Source: Bdellovibrio sp.
Lineage (GTDB): Bacteria; Bdellovibrionota; Bdellovibrionia; Bdellovibrionales; Bdellovibrionaceae
Assembly (NCBI GenBank): GCA_043740515.1
Contig: JAYUCD010000266.1
Coordinates: 1-32,430, forward strand
Reading direction: 5' to 3'
Length of the DNA stretch: 32,430 bases
Shown here piece by piece: positions 7,748 to 17,185 of the stretch. A program made the translations under genes and the position numbers. Numbering within the stretch: the first letter of the stretch is position 1; every line of letters begins with the position of its first letter. The notes under the pieces were generated by a model. That model was given only the letters and a program-made list of their open reading frames with translations. It was not told the DNA's origin and did no database searches.

Positions 7748-8628
7748 TTTTTGTTCTGTTGCTGTTTTCGATTTGTGCTCAAGCCTTGCAAATTCAATTC
7801 AGAGCCGAAACCAAAGTTTCAAAATCAGAAAAAATATCCGGTTTCGTATTTGATGAGCTCAGCGGATCTTTATTTGCGGTTTCAAGTGCGCCGAAGTTTT
7901 CTCAGAAGCCACAAATTCAAGAACTAAAAATTCAGCTCGAACCTTTTTTGATCGACTCTAAAAAATCAATTTTTTTGGCGGTGAATCCCACTGAGCTTTC
8001 TCATCCAGGAAAAAAAATGGCGGCGATTAAATTTGCGGATCAATTTTTTTTGCAAGGGATCGCCCTGACCAGTTGGGGTGATTTTATTTTAACCAATCCG
8101 ACATCAAAGACTCATCCCATTTTTTCTATTCATCCGGATGGAGAAATTCAAGGCAACCTTGAGAGGTTGGAAAATTCTCCACAAGATTTTTCGCTGGTAG
8201 CTGGCAGTTTGAATGGCAAAGAGTGGATGATTTCAAATCCAGCTGGCTCCTGGAATCACTACAAATCCTCTGAAGCTTGGGTGATAAAACCTGATTTTCA
8301 ACTTCATTATCCGGTTTCTACATCACAAAAAGTGCAGGCCTTGATCTATTGGAAAGATCAGATGATCCTGGTGCTTGAATCGTCTGGAAAAAGCGGGCAA
8401 ATCTTTTCGGTCGATTTACAAAACGCTAAACCTGGCCAAAGTTTAGCAAAAAATCTGGTTTTGAATTTGAAAGACCTACAGGGCCAGCGGGCTGCAAAGG
8501 CTGCCATTGTGGGAATGAGCTTGGGGCCGAAGCTTTCCTCTGGCGAAAGAAGCCTAATCCTTGTCAGCCATAGCCAATCTGTGAGAGATCAGACCTCTCA
8601 ATTTTTGTTATTTGCTTTGAAGGAGTGA
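7735..8628 (+). CDS. Hypothetical secreted protein
   Basis: The internal ATG at 7735 gives MAKLIFVLLLFSICAQA/LQ, a signal peptide, and overlaps the Rieske gene end by 13 nt. No confident family; there is only a vague resemblance to phytase-like/beta-propeller esterase folds. Confidence 0.6.
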   Translation: MAKLIFVLLLFSICAQALQIQFRAETKVSKSEKISGFVFDELSGSLFAVSSAPKFSQKPQIQELKIQLEPFLIDSKKSIFLAVNPTELSHPGKKMAAIKFADQFFLQGIALTSWGDFILTNPTSKTHPIFSIHPDGEIQGNLERLENSPQDFSLVAGSLNGKEWMISNPAGSWNHYKSSEAWVIKPDFQLHYPVSTSQKVQALIYWKDQMILVLESSGKSGQIFSVDLQNAKPGQSLAKNLVLNLKDLQGQRAAKAAIVGMSLGPKLSSGERSLILVSHSQSVRDQTSQFLLFALKE

Positions 8629-8631
8629 ACC

Positions 8632-9921
8632 ATGAGTCAACCAACCGTGTGGAGATTGCGAATGGGCGCCGACCGCCGGATTCGCGGTGGTCATCCATGG
8701 ATTTTTTCCAATGAGCTTTCAGAAAGTCCCAAAGGTCATCCACCAGGAACTCCGGTGGTTCTTTTGGACAACAAGGGTGGATTTTTGGCTGCTGGCTACG
8801 GCAATCCTCACTCGCTCATCGCTTTTCGGGCGCTGAGCTTTGATTCACGGGATACCGAAGTTTGCACGGGCGAGTACTTGGAAAGTCGACTGCTCAAGAC
8901 TTGGTGGCAGCGAAAAAGTTTGGGATTCAATTCCAGTTTTCGGCTTTGTTATGGTGAGGGCGATTTCACCCCCGGTCTGGTCATTGACCGATACTTGGTC
9001 CATCAGAATGGCAAACGAGCTCAGGTTTTGGCCGTGCAGATTTTAACCGCGGGAGTGTCTTGGATTCTGAAGTCACCGCAGGAATTTTTTAAAAATCTGG
9101 TTCAAGAAGCGCATCGCAAAGAATTTTCGGAATTTGACTGGGAGAACACCGGCATTGTTTTGCGCAATGACGTCAACGTGCGAAGGCTTGAAGGAATGGA
9201 AATTCAATCGCCGCAGGTTTTGAAAAATATCGAAGGCTTTGATTTTTCAAAAGTAGATATTGAAATCAATAATCAAGTCTTGATGGAAACAGATTTGATT
9301 GAAGGTCAGAAAACTGGATTCTTTTTGGATCAAGCCTACAATATTTCTCTGGTCTGCGCTCAGCTCGAAAAAATGCAATTTCCTGAAGAGAATGTGCGGA
9401 TTTTAGATTTGTGCTGCTATGTCGGTCAATGGTCGACTCAAATTGCAGCCGTGCTGAAAAAGCGTGGCCTGAAAGTCGAAGTCACTGCAGTCGATGTCTC
9501 CAGCAAAGCCTTGGCCTTCGCAAAGAGTAATATTGAACGTCAGGGCGCGGTCGTCAATATTCGAGAGCTCGATGTGCTGAAAGATTTAGGCAGTTTGCCG
9601 AATCGTTATTTTGATGTGGTGATTGCCGATCCACCGGCCTTTATCAAAGCGAAAAAGGATGTGCCGACAGGCCGTCATGCCTATCTCAAATTGAATAGCT
9701 CAGCCTTCAAGCTAGTGAGAAAAGGCGGCCTTGTCGTTTCTTGTTCTTGCTCAGGACTTTTTGAAGAGACTGAAATGATGGATGTCTTGAGAAAAGCTTT
9801 GCAGCGAGGGGAAAGCGAAGCCCGGTGTATTTTGCACGGAGGGCACTCGCCAGATCATCCGGTGCTTTTGTCTTTCTCAGAGGGCTTCTATCTGAAAATG
9901 TTTGTTCATCATATTATTTAG
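8632..9921 (+). CDS. rlmI: 23S rRNA (cytosine-C5) methyltransferase RlmI-like (PUA + class I SAM MTase)
   Basis: RIRGGHPWIFSNEL, GQKTGFFLDQ, DPPAFIKAKKD, VSCSCSG and a C-terminal DHPVLLSFSEGFYLK, which align well with my recollection of E. coli RlmI. GAAGGAG lies upstream of the ATG. Confidence 0.85.
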   Translation: MSQPTVWRLRMGADRRIRGGHPWIFSNELSESPKGHPPGTPVVLLDNKGGFLAAGYGNPHSLIAFRALSFDSRDTEVCTGEYLESRLLKTWWQRKSLGFNSSFRLCYGEGDFTPGLVIDRYLVHQNGKRAQVLAVQILTAGVSWILKSPQEFFKNLVQEAHRKEFSEFDWENTGIVLRNDVNVRRLEGMEIQSPQVLKNIEGFDFSKVDIEINNQVLMETDLIEGQKTGFFLDQAYNISLVCAQLEKMQFPEENVRILDLCCYVGQWSTQIAAVLKKRGLKVEVTAVDVSSKALAFAKSNIERQGAVVNIRELDVLKDLGSLPNRYFDVVIADPPAFIKAKKDVPTGRHAYLKLNSSAFKLVRKGGLVVSCSCSGLFEETEMMDVLRKALQRGESEARCILHGGHSPDHPVLLSFSEGFYLKMFVHHII

Positions 9922-9942
9922 GGTCTTCACTTCGCAAAAAAA

Positions 9943-10881
9943 TTAGGCGCGAACTTCCGGGGCATTGGCTTTCTGCTGATGCAGAGCTGTCAGTTTCGCG
10001 ATGTAATCCTTGAGCGCTCCGTTTTCTTGGCGAAGCACGTGGATCTGAGTCATCGCCTGCTGCAGATGACTGTAATAATCTTGAGACTCGATTGTCTTTC
10101 GATCCAAGGCTAATTTCAATTCGATCATTTTTTTCTCGGCCACTTCGGAAAGCAATTTCATCATGTCATGCTGTTTGAAGGTATGGTCTTCGTATTGGCT
10201 CAGGGACTCATTGATCTTGAGCATCTCTTCGCTCTTGAGATTGAGCTGATCTTGGAGCTCCTGAATTTGCAGACGCTTTTCTTCCATGCTGGCTACATGG
10301 TCCTGAGTTTCCATTTGCAGTACTCGTTTTTCATTCAGCCAGTTTTGATTTTCCATCTGAAACTTTTCTTTGGCTTTGGCAAGCTCAAGCCGAGTCTCGT
10401 TGGCTAAGGCTTGAGCGAGATCTAGCTCGTGTGACATGCTCTTGGCTTTGTCTTGCAAAAATGAATTGTGTTTCTTTTCTTCTGACAAACTTTGATATGA
10501 CTTTGAGCGAATCTCTTCAATCTCGAATTGCAAACGCAGATTCAACTCGAGCGATTTGGCTAAATCCGTGCTGAGCTTTGAATTGTTCATGCGCTCTTGC
10601 TCAAGCTGCTCCGACATGCGTTTCAGTTCGCGATTCAGATCGTTATTTGCGAAACTGAGTGTGTCGAGATTCTTGATCTTGTCGTGAATTTCCTGTTGAG
10701 CCAGGTTGAGTTCCTCTTGTGAACGGCGGATTTGAATTTGCATTTTGTCGAGCCTTTCTGACAAATTTTCTTGGGACCTCGGAGAGTGACTGAGTTCTTG
10801 GAGCTTGCCGCAGATTTCATCAAAAAGTTTTTCGTGATCGGGCAGTCCGCCCTGAGATTCTGTCATCTTGTTGCCATCCAT
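9943..10881 (-). CDS. Coiled-coil protein, function unknown
   Basis: 312-aa ORF that is very rich in E/Q/K/L with heptad-like periodicity throughout. No enzymatic motif. Convergent with rlmI across a 21-nt gap. Confidence 0.6.
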   Translation of the reverse strand: MDGNKMTESQGGLPDHEKLFDEICGKLQELSHSPRSQENLSERLDKMQIQIRRSQEELNLAQQEIHDKIKNLDTLSFANNDLNRELKRMSEQLEQERMNNSKLSTDLAKSLELNLRLQFEIEEIRSKSYQSLSEEKKHNSFLQDKAKSMSHELDLAQALANETRLELAKAKEKFQMENQNWLNEKRVLQMETQDHVASMEEKRLQIQELQDQLNLKSEEMLKINESLSQYEDHTFKQHDMMKLLSEVAEKKMIELKLALDRKTIESQDYYSHLQQAMTQIHVLRQENGALKDYIAKLTALHQQKANAPEVRA

Positions 10882-11019
10882 GGTTGATAACTCAGAATGT
10901 TATCTTGGACTGAGGTCTAAGGTCACGTAACTTCTAAGATTCGTCGGACACGGTCTTTGGTCTAGATGCTTGCACTTTTGGCAAATTTAAATGAAGCATA
11001 ATCTTTCTAGAGGAATTCA

Positions 11020-11400
11020 GTGAAGACGGACAAAGACAAACCCAGGACCTGGGTGAAATATCGCGAAGGACTTTGCAATGGCTGTATCGGCGCCTGTTGC
11101 ACCATGCCCGTTGAAATCAAAGGCGAAGATTTAATTCGCCTGAATTTGGCTAGCGAAGATGAATTGAACGCCAGTTCTAAAAAAGTTGCCAAAAGATTAA
11201 TCAAAGAAGGAATTATCGAGTCCTACCGCGAAGCCACCGGAAATTTTATGCTCACTCAAAAAGCGAACGATGACTGCTATTTTTTGGATTTGAAAACTCG
11301 GCTTTGCACAGTTTACGAAAAACGTCCCGGAGTTTGCCGCCAATTTCCAGAGATCGGTCCAAGACCTGACTTTTGCCCGGCCAAACAAAAAAATGGATAA
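11020..11400 (+). CDS. YkgJ-family cysteine-cluster protein (CxxCxxCC, UPF0153-like)
   Basis: CNGCIGACC near the N-terminus and DDCYFLD...RLCTVYEKRPGVCRQFP further on. The GTG start at 11020 is preceded by AGAGGA. Co-directional with menB, 115 nt upstream of it. Confidence 0.75.
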   Translation: MKTDKDKPRTWVKYREGLCNGCIGACCTMPVEIKGEDLIRLNLASEDELNASSKKVAKRLIKEGIIESYREATGNFMLTQKANDDCYFLDLKTRLCTVYEKRPGVCRQFPEIGPRPDFCPAKQKNG

Positions 11401-11515
11401 TGCTTGAACAAAATCAGTATGAGTTTTTGCGAGTCGAAGATCCCACTTACGGATACAAAGAACTTGTGATAAAAAACCGATGAGTCTTGCCCAGTTTGGG
11501 AGAGGAGTGCTTGAG

Positions 11516-12436
11516 ATGAATCCTGTTTCTGATATTTTTAATCCTGAATGGTGGACGGAAGTTCCTGGATTTCAATTTCGAGATATCACCTACCATCGAA
11601 GTCGCCACCAAGGCACGGTTCGAATCGCCATCAACCGCCCCGAAGTTCGCAATGCTTTTCGTCCGCAAACGGTGGATGAATTACAGACAGCACTCGAGCA
11701 TGCTCGCATCACTGCGGATGTAGGAGTGGTTTTGCTCACGGGCAACGGACCTTCACCCAAAGACGGCGGCTGGGCTTTTTGCTCGGGCGGTGATCAGCGC
11801 ATTCGCGGCAAAGATGGTTACAAATACGAAACAGCAGGAAATTCTGCTGAGGCTTCGACTGGAAAAATGGATTTGGCTCGAATGGGTCGATTGCATATTT
11901 TAGAAGTCCAAAGGCAAATTCGCTTCATGCCAAAAATTGTTGTCGCCGTGGTTCCCGGTTGGGCGGTTGGAGGCGGGCATTCTTTGCATGTCGTGTGTGA
12001 TTTAACTTTGGCAAGCGCTGAGCATGCAATTTTCAAACAGACCGATCCAGATGTGGCGAGCTTTGATTCGGGATATGGCTCTGCTTATCTGGCGAAAATG
12101 ATTGGCCAGAAAAGAGCTCGTGAAATCTTTTTTCTCGGTCGAAATTATTCGGCTCAAGAAGCTTTCGATATGGGCATGGTCAATCTGGTGGTGCCTCACC
12201 AAGATTTAGAAAAAGTTGCGCTTGAGTGGGCTCAAGAAATGAATTCGAAATCGCCAACTGCCATGCGCATGCTCAAATTTGGATTCAATATGGTCGATGA
12301 CGGCTTGGTTGGTCAGCAGATCTTTGCCGGCGAAGCGACCAGACTTGCTTATGGGACCGAAGAAGCAGCTGAAGGCCGAGAGGCCTTTGTCGAAAAACGG
12401 CCGCGGGATTTTTCTAAATTTCCTTGGCAGTATTGA
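11516..12436 (+). CDS. menB: 1,4-dihydroxy-2-naphthoyl-CoA synthase
   Basis: Crotonase fold with the MenB signatures RPEVRNAFRP, AFCSGGDQRIRG, VPGWAVGGGHSLHVVCDLTLA and a C-terminal EGREAFVEKRPRDFSKFPW. The SD GGAG at about 11503 favours the ATG at 11516 over 11480. Confidence 0.92.
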   Translation: MNPVSDIFNPEWWTEVPGFQFRDITYHRSRHQGTVRIAINRPEVRNAFRPQTVDELQTALEHARITADVGVVLLTGNGPSPKDGGWAFCSGGDQRIRGKDGYKYETAGNSAEASTGKMDLARMGRLHILEVQRQIRFMPKIVVAVVPGWAVGGGHSLHVVCDLTLASAEHAIFKQTDPDVASFDSGYGSAYLAKMIGQKRAREIFFLGRNYSAQEAFDMGMVNLVVPHQDLEKVALEWAQEMNSKSPTAMRMLKFGFNMVDDGLVGQQIFAGEATRLAYGTEEAAEGREAFVEKRPRDFSKFPWQY

Positions 12437-13619
12437 GCAATCGTTTTTCGGCTTTGACTCCCAATTCTTTGAGCATTTCAACCTGACGAATCAGATTGCC
12501 AGAACCTTGGCTTAATTTTCCCATGACCTGAGCATGGGATTTTTGTGCTGTCGTTAATTTATTGCCGAGGTCATCGAGATCCTCAACCAGAGAAGCGAAC
12601 TTGTCATAAAGAGCTCCTCCTCGCTTGGCGATCTCGAGTGCATTTCTCTCTTGGCGCTCTTGCTTCCAAATGGTTGAAACAGTTTTCAAAGTGGTCAGCA
12701 AAGTCGTCGGCGACACGAGTGCGATGTTTTTATCCCAAGCATATTGAAGCAGATCGGTCTTGTAACGAAAGGCCAAGGCGAAGGCCGGTTCCAGTGGCAT
12801 AAATAATATCACAAAGTCTGGAGAGATTAATTTGTCTGCCGAGTGATATTTTTTTTCTGACAAGCCATCAATGTGCCGCTTGAGAGAATCAACATGAGAC
12901 TTGGCGTGCAGATCTCGGTGCTCATTCACTTCACTTGTCAAATAAAGATCGTAATCTTTCAGAGAAACTTTCGAATCGACAATGATATGTTTACCGTCGG
13001 GCAGATTGATAATCACATCTGGTCGGATATCTTTGCCGGAATCATTACGCAAGCTGAGGTCGGTGCCTTGGACTGTGTACTCTTCACCTTTTCTGAGGCC
13101 TGACCTTTCCAGAATGCTCTCAAGAATCATCTCGCCCCAATTTCCCATAACCTTGTTGTCACCTTTGAGGGCGCGGGTGAGATTTTGAGTTTCCGATGAC
13201 ATGCGAATGTTCAAGTCCATCAATTTGGAAAGCTCGCCGCGCAAACTTCCGCGCTCAGCCCTTTCTGTCGAGTAAGTCTCTTCGACTTTTTTCTCGAAAT
13301 CCTTCAGGCGCTCTTTGAAAGGCTCGAGCAGGGTCGACAGGCTTTTGATATTTTGATCGGCAAAGCGAGTTGATTTGTCTTCAAAGATTCGCCCAGCCAG
13401 CGCCTCAAATTTATCAGTCATTTGCTGACTCAAAGACTGAAAATCTTTTTTCTGAGCTTCAAGGCTAGTGACCTGCAATTGGAATGAGTGATTACTTTGC
13501 TCTGTTGCGCCCAGCTTTTCCTTGAGGTTGAAAAGTTGCGAACGAAAGTATGCGTAAAGCAAACTTGCAGCTAAAATCGCACCGAGAAAAACTCCGAGTG
13601 TCAAAGACGTGATTTGCAT
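12414..13619 (-). CDS. rmuC: DNA recombination protein RmuC
   Basis: N-terminal TM helix, a long coiled coil, then GNWGEMILESILERSGL.. and the conserved C-terminal RmuC nuclease-like region (DVIINLPDGKHIIVDSK). Its 3' end overlaps the menB 3' end by 23 nt (convergent). Confidence 0.9.
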   Translation of the reverse strand: MQITSLTLGVFLGAILAASLLYAYFRSQLFNLKEKLGATEQSNHSFQLQVTSLEAQKKDFQSLSQQMTDKFEALAGRIFEDKSTRFADQNIKSLSTLLEPFKERLKDFEKKVEETYSTERAERGSLRGELSKLMDLNIRMSSETQNLTRALKGDNKVMGNWGEMILESILERSGLRKGEEYTVQGTDLSLRNDSGKDIRPDVIINLPDGKHIIVDSKVSLKDYDLYLTSEVNEHRDLHAKSHVDSLKRHIDGLSEKKYHSADKLISPDFVILFMPLEPAFALAFRYKTDLLQYAWDKNIALVSPTTLLTTLKTVSTIWKQERQERNALEIAKRGGALYDKFASLVEDLDDLGNKLTTAQKSHAQVMGKLSQGSGNLIRQVEMLKELGVKAEKRLLNTAKEI

Positions 13620-13709
13620 GCTGGGAGCCTATCACTGCGCATTGCAAAATACAAAAGCCAAAATTCCAGCAAAGTTGATGTGCCAGCAACTCAACTGTAG
13701 AGTTTCTGT

Positions 13710-14591
13710 ATGACAAAAAACTGGAAAGCTTGGATCCTGGCAGCTCGTCCCAAAACCTTGACGGCCGCTGTCGTTCCGATTCTTGTGGCAGGTTCTCTCG
13801 CCCAATCGGAATCTCAGCATCAGATTTGGTGGGTCAGTGTGCTGACCTTGTTCGCCTCCGTGTTCATTCAAATCGGTACAAATTTGGTCAATGATGCCGT
13901 CGATTTTAAAAAAGGCGCCGACACGGAGACACGCATTGGTCCTCAACGAGTCACGCAAGCGGGAATTTTCAAGGGCCACCAAGTCATGGGAGTGGGCTCT
14001 GCGTTTTTCGGCTTAGCTGTTATTTGCGGAATTCCCTTGGTCTGGCTCGGCGGAGTTCCGATTCTTGTGATCGGTTTGATTTCTGTTCTCATGGGATATG
14101 GTTACACGGCGGGACCCTTTCCTTTGGCTTATCGAGGTTTGGGTGATCTCTTTGTGATTTTGTTTTTTGGTTTAATTGCTGTCGGAGGTGTTTATTTTCT
14201 TCACACAGGCAGCTTGAAGACATCGGCCCTGATCGCTGGACTGCAAATTGGATTTCTTTGCACGGTTTTGATTGCAATCAACAATCTTCGCGATTCAAAC
14301 AATGACGTCTTGGTCGATAAAAAAACTTTGCCTGTGCGATTTGGCATTCGATTCGCGCGAACTGAAATCGCTGCTTTGATTTGGACTCCTTTTTTTCTAG
14401 GCTTGTATTGGGCAAGTCAGGGGAAAATTTGGGCTTTTTTCCTTCCGGTTTTGCTGATTCCAGTTGCTTTCAGACTGACTCGAATGGTTTTTGAAACCGA
14501 ACCCAGTCCAGTCTACAATCGATTTTTAGGAATTGGAGCCGGCCTTCACTTGCTCTTCGGAATTTTATTGTCGATCGGATTTATTCTATGA
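13710..14591 (+). CDS. menA: 1,4-dihydroxy-2-naphthoate polyprenyltransferase
   Basis: UbiA-family polytopic protein with WILAARPKTL, NLVNDAVDFKKGAD and NNLRDSNNDVLVDKKTLPV motifs. ATGA overlap with menC. Confidence 0.88.
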   Translation: MTKNWKAWILAARPKTLTAAVVPILVAGSLAQSESQHQIWWVSVLTLFASVFIQIGTNLVNDAVDFKKGADTETRIGPQRVTQAGIFKGHQVMGVGSAFFGLAVICGIPLVWLGGVPILVIGLISVLMGYGYTAGPFPLAYRGLGDLFVILFFGLIAVGGVYFLHTGSLKTSALIAGLQIGFLCTVLIAINNLRDSNNDVLVDKKTLPVRFGIRFARTEIAALIWTPFFLGLYWASQGKIWAFFLPVLLIPVAFRLTRMVFETEPSPVYNRFLGIGAGLHLLFGILLSIGFIL

Positions 14592-15583
14592 TTCAGTTTT
14601 GGACTTCAAAATATGAACTCTATCCATTGGGACATTTGGGTGCGGCTGTTGAAGGAAAACCTCGAGTTGGCGCCTTGTTCAAAGTCCAATGGCCTAATGG
14701 CAATGTCGGTTACGCTGATCTCTTTCCTTGGCCTGAGTTGGGCGATGAAACTCTGGATCAGCAGATCTCGATGATTGCCAATGGGCAGCTCACTCCGCTT
14801 GTGGAGCAAGCGATTTGGCTAGCAAAAAAAGATGCAGCTTTTCGAAAAACCAAAACCAATGCCTTTAAATCGGCAGCCAAAATTAAGAATCATTACCTGA
14901 TCAATGATTATACCAAATTCACAGATGCTCATTTGAAGGATCTTCGGAGTGCAGGATTCACGACGTTGAAAATCAAAGTCGGTCGAGATGTCGACGAAGA
15001 GGGAAAGTTTGCAAGCCGCTTGATTCGCCAAAATCCAATCACCGTCAGATTGGATTTCAATTCTCAAATCAATTTTTCCCAGCTCGAAAGGTTTTTTAGT
15101 CACCTCTCGCCTTCCGAAAAACCAAAAATCGAATTCGTTGAAGATCCCTTTACCTGGGACATGGAAGCCTGGACAGAGGCTGCGAAAATTGCGCCTTTAG
15201 CAATCGATTACGAATACTCCAAAGTCGGTTGGGAAAGTCTCAAGGCCAAACCACCGTTTTCAATCGTCGTTCTCAAGCCGGCTCGTCAGGATATTGACAA
15301 GGCGCTTGAGCGCATCAACAAGCATGCGCTAAAAATGGTAGTGACCAGCTCGCTGGATCATCCTGTGGGCGTTGCTCACGCGTGTTTGCTCGCGGCCGAG
15401 TTGAAAAAGTTTTACCCAAATACTCTCTTGGATTGCGGTTGTCTCAGTCTGAAGGCATACCGGGCCAACGAGTTCTCCTTGCAAATTCAAACTTCAGGTC
15501 CTTACCTCAAAGAAATATCGGGAACAGGAATTGGCTTTGATGAGTTGCTGCAAAAAGCTTATTGGGAGATTGTCAAAAGGTGA
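14588..15583 (+). CDS. menC: o-Succinylbenzoate synthase (enolase superfamily)
   Basis: Enolase-superfamily barrel motifs LKIKVG, VRLDFN and IEFVEDP. Its position between menA and menE, with overlapping stop/start codons on both sides, supports the call. Confidence 0.8.
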   Translation: MIQFWTSKYELYPLGHLGAAVEGKPRVGALFKVQWPNGNVGYADLFPWPELGDETLDQQISMIANGQLTPLVEQAIWLAKKDAAFRKTKTNAFKSAAKIKNHYLINDYTKFTDAHLKDLRSAGFTTLKIKVGRDVDEEGKFASRLIRQNPITVRLDFNSQINFSQLERFFSHLSPSEKPKIEFVEDPFTWDMEAWTEAAKIAPLAIDYEYSKVGWESLKAKPPFSIVVLKPARQDIDKALERINKHALKMVVTSSLDHPVGVAHACLLAAELKKFYPNTLLDCGCLSLKAYRANEFSLQIQTSGPYLKEISGTGIGFDELLQKAYWEIVKR

Positions 15584-16725
15584 GCTGGCTTGGGATTGAC
15601 TCTCCAGTGCAGCTCAACCCGAAATGGCCCAAACCAGAGAAAGATCGATTGCTTTCTCTGAGCCAACAGTTCGCTTTGAAAAAACATGTCTGGATTGCCT
15701 CTTCTGGATCTTCCAGTGAACCAGGAGAGTCGGTCAAACTGATGGCCCTGAGTGAAGAGGCCATGTTGGCTTCGGCTGATTCGGTCAATCAACATCTCAG
15801 CGCTAGTGAGAAAGACATTTGGATTCAGGCTCTGCCAGTTTTTCATGTGGGGGGACTTTCGATCGAAGCGCGAGCTTATTTATCAAACTCGAAAGTTATT
15901 CCTGGAGTTTCAACAGATGAAAAATGGAGTCCTCATTTTTACTGCCAGCAAATTATAAAATTCAAAGCGACACTTTCTTCGCTGGTGCCCACTCAGGTTT
16001 ATGATTTAGTTCACGCGAATTTATCTGCACCCAAATCTCTGCGAGCGATTGTCGTTGGAGGCAGTGCACTTTCACAAGAGATTCATGCTAGAGCCATTCA
16101 ACTGGGCTGGCCACTTTTGGCGAGCTACGGGATGACCGAGTGCTGCTCTCAAATCGCCACGGCGCCACTGAATCAGGGTCTATCGCTTGAATCTCAACTG
16201 AAAATTCTTTCGCACGTGAAGGCAGACCTCACAGCCGAAGGCTTTCTGAAAATTCAAAGTCAGTCACTGCTCACAGGCTATGCTCAATGGAAAAATGGTG
16301 GCCCTCATTGGACCGATCCAAAAATCGATCAGTGGTTGATCACCGAAGATCTGGCGCAGCTGCCCGGCGGAAATTTGGTGGTTTTGGGTAGAGGTATGGA
16401 TTTCGTCAAAATATCGGGTGAAGGTGTGCAGTTGAGTCGCTTGCAACAAGAGCTCGAAAATATTGCTCAATCTCAGCTGACTTTAAGTCCCTTTGATTTT
16501 GCGATTTTTGCCATAATGGATGCCCGCAGTGAAAATAAAATTGCCCTGGCTGCAAAAAATCCAAATTCCGAACTTGTTAAAAAGTTAGTCGAATCTTTCA
16601 ATGGAAAAGTTGCACCTTATGAAAAAATTCAAAAGGTGTTTACAGTTTCTGAGATCCCACGAACTGAGTTAGGTAAAATAGCACGCAAAAAATTAGCCGC
16701 GCTTATTTCCGCGAAAGAAAACTAG
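15580..16725 (+). CDS. menE: o-Succinylbenzoate-CoA ligase (short ANL-family adenylating enzyme)
   Basis: Contains YGMTE, GRGMDFVKISGEGV and PRTELGKIARKKL. The P-loop-like SSGSSSEPGESVK is divergent. Start is either the GTG at 15580 (GTGA overlap with the menC stop, GGGAGA 10 nt upstream) or the TTG at 15562. Confidence 0.75.
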   Translation: MSWLGIDSPVQLNPKWPKPEKDRLLSLSQQFALKKHVWIASSGSSSEPGESVKLMALSEEAMLASADSVNQHLSASEKDIWIQALPVFHVGGLSIEARAYLSNSKVIPGVSTDEKWSPHFYCQQIIKFKATLSSLVPTQVYDLVHANLSAPKSLRAIVVGGSALSQEIHARAIQLGWPLLASYGMTECCSQIATAPLNQGLSLESQLKILSHVKADLTAEGFLKIQSQSLLTGYAQWKNGGPHWTDPKIDQWLITEDLAQLPGGNLVVLGRGMDFVKISGEGVQLSRLQQELENIAQSQLTLSPFDFAIFAIMDARSENKIALAAKNPNSELVKKLVESFNGKVAPYEKIQKVFTVSEIPRTELGKIARKKLAALISAKEN

Positions 16726-17185
16726 TCGCCTCTGTATCCAGCTCTTGCTCGCTTATTTTTTGCGCTTCAAGGTTGCGAGAAATTTCATCACTCGAGACCA
16801 GCGGACCCTTGCCAACACCTGGGCAGAAGGTGACAACTTCTTTTTTCCAGGTCTTCGCATTCATCGTATCGGGCCAAAAGGGCCAAGTTCGGCACTGCGT
16901 TGGCCTTGCTTCATAAACAGAACAACGTTTGTTTTTAAGAAACAGACAATCGAAATTTACGCCGTCTTCCATCAGGTGATAGTTTCCATTGGTCTGCTGA
17001 CAATATTTTTTAGTGAACTGTGATAAATTCAGCGACAAATGATTCGCCATTTTTTGCCGATCTTCTTTCGTCAGAAAAACAAATCCATACTCGCCGTGAG
17101 AGGTACAGCACTGGCCGGAACCCTGACATTGAAAGCGGAGTCCCTCGGCCCACCACTCTTTTTTGAGTTTGGAATCATTTGGCAT
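16703..17185 (-). CDS. YkgJ-family cysteine-cluster protein, second paralog
   Basis: CQGSGQCCTSHG near the N-terminus and FDCLFL..KRCSVYEARPTQCRTWPFWP further on. Its start overlaps the thioesterase stop by 11 nt. Its 3' end overlaps the menE 3' end by 23 nt. Confidence 0.75.
   Translation of the reverse strand: MPNDSKLKKEWWAEGLRFQCQGSGQCCTSHGEYGFVFLTKEDRQKMANHLSLNLSQFTKKYCQQTNGNYHLMEDGVNFDCLFLKNKRCSVYEARPTQCRTWPFWPDTMNAKTWKKEVVTFCPGVGKGPLVSSDEISRNLEAQKISEQELDTEATSFLSRK

Noticed and set aside
10886-10904. Perfect 6-bp inverted repeat GATAAC-N7-GTTATC just upstream of the coiled-coil gene start
   Set aside because: It is short enough to occur by chance, and there is no adjacent regulator or second copy to support a role as an operator.
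11617-11626. GGTTCGAATC, a tRNA T-arm-like motif
   Set aside because: It lies inside the menB coding frame (..GTVRIAI..) and has no acceptor or anticodon arm context.
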